Of a stretch of 64,000 nucleotides of DNA, positions 41,428 through 49,538 are shown in pieces. The notes beneath the pieces were generated by a model. The model was not told where the DNA came from. It saw only the letters and a program-made list of their open reading frames with translations, and did no database searches. The DNA is taken from assembly GCA_963842065.1 (NCBI GenBank), contig CAWJEW010000007.1, positions 146,707-210,706 on the forward strand, given 5' to 3'. Made by a program: the position numbers and the translations under genes. The stretch comes from an uncultured Thermoleophilia bacterium. Lineage in GTDB: Bacteria > Actinomycetota > Thermoleophilia > Miltoncostaeales > Miltoncostaeaceae. Numbering within the stretch: the stretch's first letter is position 1; the number at the start of each line of letters is the position of its first letter.

Positions 41428-42759
41428 GTGCCCGAGAGCGTCCCACCGCCCCAAAACCTCGAGGCCGAGGAGTTGCTCCTCGCCTCACTCATGGAGAATC
41501 CCGGCAACGTCGCGGAGACCCTCGCGATGGTCGGGCCCGATGACTTCTACAAGGAGGGCCATCGACGGATCTTCATTGCGATGAACGATCTGTTCATGGT
41601 CGGCGAGCCGATCGAGCCGCTGCTCGTGGTCGAGCAGCTGACCAAGCGCGGCGACCTGGACGTCGTCGGAGGGCGCACGGCGGTGCTCGACATCATGGCA
41701 ACGCCCTTCATCGCCGCCAGCTTCCGCAGCTACGCGGAGATCGTGCGCGAGACCGCCACCCAGCGCCGCCTGCTCCAGGTCGCCCAGCGCATCGAGCAAA
41801 TGGTCGCCGAGCGCGAAGGCGAGACCACCGACATGGTCCAGTCGGCCGAGGATCTCATCTTCGAGCTGACCCAGAAGCGCGTGCGCGGGGACTTCACGTC
41901 CTCCAAGGAACTGGTCACCCAAAGCTTCGAGCGTCTGACGGCCGCGAGCGCGGTCGGATCGGAGGTCACGGGCCTGGCCACGGGCTTCACCGATCTGGAT
42001 CGCCTCACCGGCGGCCTGCGCCCGGCCAACCTCATCGTCGTCGCGGCCCGCCCGAGCATGGGCAAGACCGCCCTGGCGCTGTGCATCGCCGAACACGTCG
42101 CCCTGCACGCGGACGGCACGGTCGCGGTGTTTTCGCTCGAGATGAGCGGCGAGGAACTCGTGCAGCGCATGCTCGGCTCCGCGGCGATGGTCGACATGAC
42201 CCGCATGCGCAGCGGCCGGCTCGCGCCCGAGGACTGGCCGCGGGTCACGCGCGCCGCCGACCAGATTGCCCAGGCACGCCTGTTTATCGACGACTCCGAG
42301 GGCATCACCGTCGGCGAGATGCGCACCAAGGCCCGGCGGCTCAAGAGCCGCGAGGGGCTCGCGCTGGTGATCGTCGACTACATCCAGCTCATGGAATCCC
42401 GCACGGGCCGCCGCGATGAGAATCGTGTGCAGGAGTTGTCTACGATCTCGCGGGGCCTCAAGATGCTGGCGCGCGATCTGGATGTGCCGCTGATCTGCAT
42501 CTCGCAGCTCAACCGCTCGCCCGAGAGCCGCCCGGACAAGCGCCCGCTGCTGTCGGACCTGCGCGAATCCGGGGCGATCGAGCAGGATGCCGACCTCGTC
42601 ATGCTCATCTACCGCGACGACTACTACAACGCCGATTCCGAGGAGAAGGGGATCGCCGAGGTGAACCTCGCAAAGCACCGCAGTGGGCCGACCGATCGAG
42701 TGAAGCTCACGTTCATGGGTACATATGCAAAGTTCGGCAACCTCCGGCGGGACAACTAA
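41428..42759 (+). CDS. dnaB: replicative DNA helicase DnaB (no intein)
   Basis: PPQNLEAEE..LAS, Walker A ARPSMGKTALAL, Walker B VIVDYIQLM and ISQLNR are present. The 443-aa length leaves no room for an intein. Confidence 0.9.
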   Translation: MPESVPPPQNLEAEELLLASLMENPGNVAETLAMVGPDDFYKEGHRRIFIAMNDLFMVGEPIEPLLVVEQLTKRGDLDVVGGRTAVLDIMATPFIAASFRSYAEIVRETATQRRLLQVAQRIEQMVAEREGETTDMVQSAEDLIFELTQKRVRGDFTSSKELVTQSFERLTAASAVGSEVTGLATGFTDLDRLTGGLRPANLIVVAARPSMGKTALALCIAEHVALHADGTVAVFSLEMSGEELVQRMLGSAAMVDMTRMRSGRLAPEDWPRVTRAADQIAQARLFIDDSEGITVGEMRTKARRLKSREGLALVIVDYIQLMESRTGRRDENRVQELSTISRGLKMLARDLDVPLICISQLNRSPESRPDKRPLLSDLRESGAIEQDADLVMLIYRDDYYNADSEEKGIAEVNLAKHRSGPTDRVKLTFMGTYAKFGNLRRDN

Positions 42760-42762
42760 CTG

Positions 42763-44046
42763 ATGCCAGCAACCGTGATCGTAGGCGCCCAGTGGGGTGA
42801 TGAGGGCAAGGGCAAAGTCGTCGACCTGCTCGCCGAAAAGAGCGATCTGGTCGCCCGCTTCCAGGGCGGCAACAACGCCGGGCACACGATCGTGGCCGAC
42901 TCGGAGACCTACAAGCTGCACCTGGTCCCGTCCGGGATCCTGTATCCGGGCACGCTCTGCGTGATCGGCACGGGCACGGTCGTGGACCCCGGCGCGCTCG
43001 TCACGGAGATCGTGGCCCTCGAGCAGCGCGGCATCGACCTCGACGGCCTACGGCTCTCGGGAAGCGCGCACCTGATCATGCCGTACCACGTCGCCCTCGA
43101 CGGTGCGTCGGAGATGCGGCTGGGGCGCTTTTCGATCGGCACCACCCGCCGCGGGATCGGCCCGTGCTACCAGGACAAGGCGGCCCGCATCGGTATCCGC
43201 GCCCAGGACCTGCTCGACCCGAAGATCCTAGTGCGTAAGCTCGAGATCGCGCTCGAGATGAAGAACGAGATCATGGAGCGGATCTACGGCCTGCCGCGCA
43301 TGGACACCCAGCAGGTCGCCGACACCCTGGCCCCGATCGCCGGTCGCCTGGCGCCGTTCATCGCCGACACGTCGCTGTTGGTCGATCAGGCCTTGCGCGA
43401 TGGGAAGAATGTGCTGCTCGAAGGCGCCCAGGGCACGATGCTCGATGTCGATCACGGCACGTATCCGTTCGTGACCTCCTCGAATCCGATCGCCGGCGCC
43501 GCCTGCACGGGCATCGGCATCGGGCCGACGCGCATCTCGCGCGTCGTCGGGGTCAGCAAGGCCTATGCGACGCGCGTCGGCGAAGGCCCCTTCCCGACCG
43601 AGTTGGACGATGCGGACGGCGCGCTGATGCTCAAGCGCGGCAACGAGTTCGGCACGACGACCGGACGCCAGCGCCGCTGCGGATGGATCGACCTTGTCGC
43701 CCTGCGGTACGCGGCGCGGCTGTCCGGGTTCACCGAGCTCGCACTGACCAAGCTCGATGTCCTGTCGGGCTTCGAGCGCGTGCGCATCTGCGAGGCGTAC
43801 CGCACCCGCGAGGGTGAGCTGCTGACCGAGTTCCCGTACCACCAGACCGTGTTCCACGGCTGCACGCCCGTCTACCGGGACCTCGAGGGCTGGGACGACG
43901 ACATCTCCGAATGCCGGGGGCTCAAGCACCTGCCGACAGCCGCCCGCGCGTACGTCGACACGATCGCGGCGGCCGTCGAGGTGCCGATCACGCTGATCGG
44001 CACCGGCCAGGGACGCCACCAAGTCATCGACACGATCGAGTTCTAG
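42763..44046 (+). CDS. purA: adenylosuccinate synthase
   Basis: The P-loop is GAQWGDEGKGK, with GNNAGHT and GTTGRGIGP-like motifs. The stop TAG 44044-44046 lies inside the IS target duplication. Confidence 0.9.
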   Translation: MPATVIVGAQWGDEGKGKVVDLLAEKSDLVARFQGGNNAGHTIVADSETYKLHLVPSGILYPGTLCVIGTGTVVDPGALVTEIVALEQRGIDLDGLRLSGSAHLIMPYHVALDGASEMRLGRFSIGTTRRGIGPCYQDKAARIGIRAQDLLDPKILVRKLEIALEMKNEIMERIYGLPRMDTQQVADTLAPIAGRLAPFIADTSLLVDQALRDGKNVLLEGAQGTMLDVDHGTYPFVTSSNPIAGAACTGIGIGPTRISRVVGVSKAYATRVGEGPFPTELDDADGALMLKRGNEFGTTTGRQRRCGWIDLVALRYAARLSGFTELALTKLDVLSGFERVRICEAYRTREGELLTEFPYHQTVFHGCTPVYRDLEGWDDDISECRGLKHLPTAARAYVDTIAAAVEVPITLIGTGQGRHQVIDTIEF

Positions 44047-44047
44047 G

Positions 44048-44076
44048 TGTAACCACTCACAGGGTTGGTAACAGCC
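44048..44076. repeat. IS left terminal inverted repeat
   Basis: tgtaaccactcacagggttggtaacagcc matches the reverse complement of the right end, tgtacccactcaccacattggtgacagcc. Confidence 0.8.
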
Positions 44077-44144
44077 CTTGACCGGGTGAGGACCCCGCGG
44101 GTGTTGTGGAGGTATCTCAAGCCATCCACATCCCGGAGGTCCTC

Positions 44145-45110
44145 ATGGCCCACCCTAATGCGCGCCTGACCCCACGCGGACGCTTGCTGTTGGTCGAGCG
44201 CATCCTCGCCGGGTATCGCGTGGCCGATGTCGCAGCCCAGCTGGGCTGTTCGCGCACCTGTGCCTACAAGTGGCTTGACCGCTATCGCACCGAGGGCCCG
44301 GCCGGGCTTTTCGACCGCACAAGCCGGCCGCATCACATCCCGCATCGCATCGATGCGGAGCTCGAGCAGGCGATCTGTGCGCTGCGGGCACACGCACGCC
44401 GCGGTGCGGAATGGATCGCCCAGGAACTCGGGCTGTGTGCCGCAACGGTCGGACGCGTGCTTGTGCGCAACCGGATGCCGGCCTTACGTGACCTGGATGC
44501 GCTGACGGGGATCCCGGTACGCCGCGGGCCGGCGACCCGCACACGCTACGAACGTGCCACCCCGGGCGAGCTGATCCACATCGACGTCAAAAAGCTCGGG
44601 CGCATCCCCGACGGGGGCGGCTGGCGCATGCACGGACGCACCACCGAAGCCCGCAGACATCGGCTCATGGGCTTTGACTACGTCCATGCGGCCATCGACG
44701 ACCACTCACGTGTGGCCTACGCCGAGATTCACCCGGATGAGACCGGTGCGACATGTGCCGGGTTTCTCGAGCGCGCGGCCGGCGTCTTTGCCGAATGCGG
44801 CATCACCCGCATCGAGCGGGTGATGACCGACAACGCATTTGCGTATCGACTCTCCGACGCATTCCAGAACGCCCTTGGGCGCCTGGGGGCACGACACGTG
44901 CTCATCCGGCCCCATTGCCCCTGGCAAAACGGCAAGGTGGAACGCTTCAATCGCACCCTCCAGGCCGAATGGGCATATCAACGCCCATTTACGAGCAATG
45001 ACCAGCGCGCCCAGGCGCTGCCTGAGTGGCTCGCGTACTACAACACCCGGCGCCGACATTCGGCGCTCGGGGGCCGAGCGCCGATTACGAGGCTGTCACC
45101 AATGTGGTGA
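44145..45110 (+). CDS. IS481-family transposase (HTH plus rve/DDE integrase core)
   Basis: The N-terminal HTH reads MAHPNARLTPRGRLLLV...VADVAAQLGCSRTCAYKWL. The DDE core includes HIDVKKL, the TDNAFAY region and a downstream E. GGAGG lies upstream of the ATG, and the stop lies inside the right IR. Confidence 0.85.
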   Translation: MAHPNARLTPRGRLLLVERILAGYRVADVAAQLGCSRTCAYKWLDRYRTEGPAGLFDRTSRPHHIPHRIDAELEQAICALRAHARRGAEWIAQELGLCAATVGRVLVRNRMPALRDLDALTGIPVRRGPATRTRYERATPGELIHIDVKKLGRIPDGGGWRMHGRTTEARRHRLMGFDYVHAAIDDHSRVAYAEIHPDETGATCAGFLERAAGVFAECGITRIERVMTDNAFAYRLSDAFQNALGRLGARHVLIRPHCPWQNGKVERFNRTLQAEWAYQRPFTSNDQRAQALPEWLAYYNTRRRHSALGGRAPITRLSPMW

Positions 45111-45119
45111 GTGGGTACA
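45091..45119. repeat. IS right terminal inverted repeat
   Basis: See the left IR entry. The sequence is ggctgtcaccaatgtggtgagtgggtaca. Confidence 0.8.
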
Positions 45120-45130
45120 TCTAGACCGCG

Positions 45131-45154
45131 GCGGGGGGCGGGGGCGCCCCCCGC
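45131..45154 (+). terminator. G/C homopolymer hairpin immediately after the IS (probable original purA terminator or attenuator)
   Basis: gcgggggg (45131-45138) pairs with ccccccgc (45147-45154), giving an 8-bp stem and 8-nt loop. Confidence 0.35.
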
Positions 45155-45218
45155 TCCCCGCGAGAAAAACTCTCGTCAGAACCCGACCTCCGCGGGCCGT
45201 ATATGCGAGCATGCGGAG

Positions 45219-46487
45219 GTGCGGCAGACGGTGCTGGTGGTTGGCGGCGGCGGTCGGGAGCATGCCCTTGTGCGGGCGCTCGCGCGCGCTGACGGCAACC
45301 CGAATATCCACTGTGCCCCGGGCAACGCGGGCATCGCACTCGACGCACAGGTCCGTCCGCTGGACGTCACGGATCCGCGCGCGGTCGCGGCCCTGGCCCG
45401 GTCGGTCGGCGCGGACTTCGTCGTCCTCGGCCCCGAGGCGCCGCTGGTCAGCGGTGCCGCCGACGCCGTCCGGGCGGCGGGCATTCCGGTACTCGGCCCG
45501 TCGGGAGCCGCGGCGCGGCTGGAGGGCAGCAAGGCGTTCGCGAAGGAGATCATGCTCGCCGCCGGCGTGCCCACGGCACGCGCCGCGACCGTGACCGACG
45601 TCGCATCCGGGCTCGCGGCGATCGATGCGTTCGGCCTGCCGGTCGCCGTCAAGGCGGACGGCCTCGCGGCCGGCAAGGGCGTCGTGGTGGCCCAGACGCA
45701 TGCCGCGGCCCGCGACGCGCTCGCCGACGCCCTCGAGCGTCGCGTCTTCGGCAACGCCGGCGACATCGTCGTCATCGAGGAGGGGCTGACCGGGCCCGAG
45801 GTCTCGCTCTTGGCCATCTGCTCCGGCGCACACGTTGCCCGCTTCCCGGCCGCACGCGACTACAAGCGCATCGGCGATGGCAACACGGGTCCGAACACGG
45901 GCGGCATGGGCTCGGTCTCGCCGATCCCGGATCTGTCGGACGCCGAGGCCGATCGCCTGGTCGACCTGGTGCACCGCCCCGTCGTGGCGGAGATGGCGCG
46001 CCGCGGGACGCCGTTTGGCGGAGTGCTCTATGCGGGTCTGATGATGACCCCGGACGGGCCGCGCGTGCTCGAATTCAACGTGCGTTTCGGCGATCCCGAA
46101 ACGCAAGCGCTGTTGCCCCGCCTGGCCGAGGACGCCATCGAGTTCCTCGGCCAGGCCGCGCGGGGCATCGTCCCGGACCGGCCCGTGGCAATCGATCCGG
46201 ACCCGTGCGTGGCAGTCGTGCTCGCCGCGGCGGGGTACCCGGGCACGCCCCGCCAAGGTGACGTGATCACCGGGCTCGAGGCCGCTGCGGCGACCGGCGC
46301 CGAGGTGTACCACGCGGGCACACGCACCGACGATGCCGGGCGCATCGTGACCGGCGGCGGCCGCGTGCTCGCGGTCGCGCAGCGCGGCAACACCGTCGCG
46401 CAGGCCCGCGCGAAGGCCTACGCGGCGGCGGATCTCATCGCCTGGGAGGGCATGCAAATGCGACGCGACATCGCGCTGAACTTGTGA
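45219..46487 (+). CDS. purD: phosphoribosylamine--glycine ligase
   Basis: VLVVGGGGREHAL and the ATP-grasp body are present. The start is uncertain (GTG 45219 or GTG 45231). The track ORF from 45111 begins inside the IS. Confidence 0.85.
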   Translation: MRQTVLVVGGGGREHALVRALARADGNPNIHCAPGNAGIALDAQVRPLDVTDPRAVAALARSVGADFVVLGPEAPLVSGAADAVRAAGIPVLGPSGAAARLEGSKAFAKEIMLAAGVPTARAATVTDVASGLAAIDAFGLPVAVKADGLAAGKGVVVAQTHAAARDALADALERRVFGNAGDIVVIEEGLTGPEVSLLAICSGAHVARFPAARDYKRIGDGNTGPNTGGMGSVSPIPDLSDAEADRLVDLVHRPVVAEMARRGTPFGGVLYAGLMMTPDGPRVLEFNVRFGDPETQALLPRLAEDAIEFLGQAARGIVPDRPVAIDPDPCVAVVLAAAGYPGTPRQGDVITGLEAAAATGAEVYHAGTRTDDAGRIVTGGGRVLAVAQRGNTVAQARAKAYAAADLIAWEGMQMRRDIALNL

Positions 46488-47779
46488 TCCCGCGCTACTC
46501 ACGGCCCGCCATGGCGGCGATCTGGGTCGAGGACGCCAAGTTCGGGCGCTGGTTGGAGGTCGAGCTGGCGGTCTGCCGGGCGTGGGCGCGCCGCGGGGTG
46601 ATCCCCGCCGAGGACCTCGCCGAGATCGAGGCCAAGGCGGCCTTCACGGTCGCGCGCTCGCAAGAGCTCGAGAAGACCACCAACCACGATGTCGTCGCGT
46701 TCCTGACCGACGTCGCCGAGCACGTGGGCCCGGCCTCGCGCTGGATCCACTACGGGATGACCTCGTCGGACGTGCTCGACACGGGCCTCGGCCTCGCCAT
46801 CGCCCGTGCCGGCGAGCTCCTGGTGGCCGAACAGGCCGGGCTCACCCAAACGCTGCGCGGACTCGCCCTCGCCCATCGCGACACGGTGGCGGTCGGACGC
46901 ACCCACGGGGTGCATGCCGAGCCGACAAGCTTCGGGCTCAAGATCGCCGGGTTCGCGTTCGAGAGCCGTCGCAACGAGGAGCGCCTGGCGCGCGCCCTCG
47001 CCCAGTGTGCCTTCGGCAAGCTCTCCGGGGCGGTCGGCACGTACGCGACCCTCCCGCCCGACCTCGAAGCCGAGGTACTCGCCGAGATCGGTCTCGGCGC
47101 AGAGCCGGCCTCGACCCAGGTCGTCGCGCGCGACCGCCACGCCGAGCTGGTCACCACGATGGCTGTCGCGGCCAGCTCACTGGACCGCCTGGCGACCGAG
47201 CTGCGCCATCTCCAGCGGACCGAGGTCCGGGAGGCCGAGGAGGCGTTTACCGTCGGCCAGAAGGGCAGTTCGGCGATGCCGCACAAGCGGAACCCCATCA
47301 CCGCCGAGCGGATCTCCGGCCTGGCCCGCGTTGTGCGCGGTGCGTCGGTCGCGGCGCTCGAGAATGTGGCGCTCTGGCACGAGCGCGACATCTCCCACTC
47401 GTCGGTGGAGCGGATCATCCTCCCGGACGCGTTCCTGGCGCTCGACTACATGCTCGCAACGGCACGCCAGCTGGTCGAGGGTCTGGTCGTCTACACCGAC
47501 CGCATGCAGGAGATCCTCGAGAGCTCGGGCGGTCTGGTGTTCTCCCAACGGGTGCTGTTGGCCCTCGTGGGCACCGGGCTGATGCGCGAGGAGGCGTACG
47601 CGATCGTCCAGCGCAACGCGATGGAGTGCTGGAACACCAGGGTGCCGCTGCGCCAGCTGCTGGCAGACGACCCGGAGGTGTCCGCCCGCCTGGACGCCTC
47701 CGCCCTCGACGAGCTGTTCGATCCGCGCTGGTACCTGCGACACGTCGGCGCGGTCATGGACCGGGTCGCGGCGCTGTGA
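46484..47779 (+). CDS. purB: adenylosuccinate lyase
   Basis: The fumarate-lyase signature GSSAMPHKRNP is present. A GTGA overlap links it to purD. Confidence 0.9.
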   Translation: MIPRYSRPAMAAIWVEDAKFGRWLEVELAVCRAWARRGVIPAEDLAEIEAKAAFTVARSQELEKTTNHDVVAFLTDVAEHVGPASRWIHYGMTSSDVLDTGLGLAIARAGELLVAEQAGLTQTLRGLALAHRDTVAVGRTHGVHAEPTSFGLKIAGFAFESRRNEERLARALAQCAFGKLSGAVGTYATLPPDLEAEVLAEIGLGAEPASTQVVARDRHAELVTTMAVAASSLDRLATELRHLQRTEVREAEEAFTVGQKGSSAMPHKRNPITAERISGLARVVRGASVAALENVALWHERDISHSSVERIILPDAFLALDYMLATARQLVEGLVVYTDRMQEILESSGGLVFSQRVLLALVGTGLMREEAYAIVQRNAMECWNTRVPLRQLLADDPEVSARLDASALDELFDPRWYLRHVGAVMDRVAAL

Positions 47780-48672
47780 TCCCCGAGCCGATCGCGCGCG
47801 GCAAGGTCCGCGAGATCTACGCCCACGGAGACGATCAGCTCATCCTGGTCGCGAGCGACCGCATCTCGGCCTACGACGTGATCATGCCGACCCCGATCCC
47901 CGACAAGGGCCGGGTCCTGACGGCGATGTCGCTGTTCTGGTTCGGCCAGACCGCCGGAATCGTCCCCAACCACCTGGTCAGCGTACGACCGGAAGACCTG
48001 CCGGAGCCGTTCCGCCAGGACGACTTCGCCGGGCGCGCGATGCTGGTCCGGCGCTTGGAGATGGTCGAGCTCGAGTGCGTCGCCCGCGGGTACCTGGCGG
48101 GCTCGGGCTGGCGCGAGTACCAGGCCACCGGCACCGTGGCCGGGCACCGGCTGCCGTCCGGCCTGCGTCTGGGCGACCGACTTCCGGAACCCATCTTCAC
48201 CCCGGCCACCAAAGCCACGAGCGGCCACGACGAGAACATCAGCCGCGAGGACGCCGCCGCGCGGTTCGGGATCGGCCTGGTTGCCGCGCTTGAAGCGCTG
48301 ACGTTGGCGATTTACGCACGGGCCCACGCGCGCTGCGCGGAGGCGGGCATCCTCCTGGCCGACACCAAGTTCGAGTTCGGCCGGGACCCTGAAGGGCAGC
48401 TGATCCTGGCCGACGAGGTGCTCACGCCCGACAGCTCGCGCCTGTGGCCCGCCGACGAATGGGACCCCGGCACGAACCCGGCGTCGTTCGACAAGCAGTA
48501 CCTGCGCGACTGGCTCGATGCCTCCGGCTGGGACCACACCCCGCCAGGTCCCGAACTGCCCGCCGAAGTCGTCGAGGGCACCCGCTCGCGCTACATCCAC
48601 GCATATGAACGCATTTCCGGACACCGGTTCCGCGACTACCTCGAGGAGGCACACGTGAGGGCGCACCAATGA
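47776..48672 (+). CDS. purC: phosphoribosylaminoimidazole-succinocarboxamide synthase
   Basis: RGKVREIY...LILVASDRISAYD is the SAICAR synthetase motif. A GTGA overlap links it to purB. Confidence 0.9.
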   Translation: MIPEPIARGKVREIYAHGDDQLILVASDRISAYDVIMPTPIPDKGRVLTAMSLFWFGQTAGIVPNHLVSVRPEDLPEPFRQDDFAGRAMLVRRLEMVELECVARGYLAGSGWREYQATGTVAGHRLPSGLRLGDRLPEPIFTPATKATSGHDENISREDAAARFGIGLVAALEALTLAIYARAHARCAEAGILLADTKFEFGRDPEGQLILADEVLTPDSSRLWPADEWDPGTNPASFDKQYLRDWLDASGWDHTPPGPELPAEVVEGTRSRYIHAYERISGHRFRDYLEEAHVRAHQ

Positions 48673-48905
48673 CCCACGTCGTTGTTACGGTCATGCCGCG
48701 CGAAGGCGTGCTCGACCCGCAGGGCCAAGCCGTCCAGGGCGCGCTCGGGCGGCTCGGGTTCGCCGGGATCCACGAGGTCCGGCTCGGCCGGCGCATCGAG
48801 CTGGAGCTCGACGGCCCGGATCCGGAGGCGGCTGCGCGCGAGATGTGCGAGCGTCTGCTGGCGAACCCGCTTATCGAAGACTTCACGGTCGCGATCGAGG
48901 ACTGA
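48669..48905 (+). CDS. purS: phosphoribosylformylglycinamidine synthase subunit PurS
   Basis: A 78-aa protein containing VLDPQGQAV. An ATGA overlap links it to purC. Confidence 0.85.
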   Translation: MTHVVVTVMPREGVLDPQGQAVQGALGRLGFAGIHEVRLGRRIELELDGPDPEAAAREMCERLLANPLIEDFTVAIED

Positions 48906-49538
48906 GTGATGGTTGCCGTCGTGCGCTTTCCAGGTTCCCTTGATCACGACAGCGCGGTCCGCGCCGTCGAGGCCGTCGGCGGCACGGCGACCTACGCGTG
49001 GCACGCCGATCATGATCTGCCGGCCGGCACACGGGCGGTCGTGTTGCCGGGCGGGTTCAGCTACGGGGACCATCTGCGCCCGGGCGCCATCGCCTCGCGC
49101 TCGCCCATCATGGATGCCGTGCGCCGCCACGCCGACGCGGGAGGTCTGGTGCTCGGCATCTGCAACGGGTTCCAGGTCCTGTGCGAGGCGGGCCTGCTGC
49201 CGGGCGTCCTGCGCACCAACGCCACCACGTCGTTCGTGTGCCGCCAGGTCGAGCTCGAGGTGCTCGACCATGAGACGCCATTCACCCACTCGCTGGGCGA
49301 CGCGCTCTCCATGCCGATCAAGAACCACGACGGCGCCTGGTTCGGCGATCCGGCCTCGGCCCGCATCGTGCTGTCATACGGCGCGGAAAACCCGCTGGGG
49401 TCGGTCGCCTCGGCGGCCGGCATCGGCAACGCACGCGGCAATGTGCTCGGCCTGATGCCGCACCCCGAGGAGGCGGTCGATCGCCTGCTGGGCTCGACCG
49501 ACGGCCGGGGCCTGTTTGCCGCCCTGGTGCGCGGATGA
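48906..49538 (+). CDS. purQ: phosphoribosylformylglycinamidine synthase, glutaminase subunit PurQ
   Basis: The class-I amidotransferase nucleophile region is GICNGFQ, and the distal motif MPHPE is present. Confidence 0.9.
   Translation: MMVAVVRFPGSLDHDSAVRAVEAVGGTATYAWHADHDLPAGTRAVVLPGGFSYGDHLRPGAIASRSPIMDAVRRHADAGGLVLGICNGFQVLCEAGLLPGVLRTNATTSFVCRQVELEVLDHETPFTHSLGDALSMPIKNHDGAWFGDPASARIVLSYGAENPLGSVASAAGIGNARGNVLGLMPHPEEAVDRLLGSTDGRGLFAALVRG

Larger units (their letters stand above)
44048..45119 (+). mobile_element. IS481-family insertion sequence (1072 bp) inserted between purA and purD
   Basis: The element has 29-bp imperfect terminal inverted repeats (23/29 match) and a single DDE transposase ORF. 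It is flanked by TCTAG on both sides (44042-44046 and 45120-45124). Confidence 0.85.
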
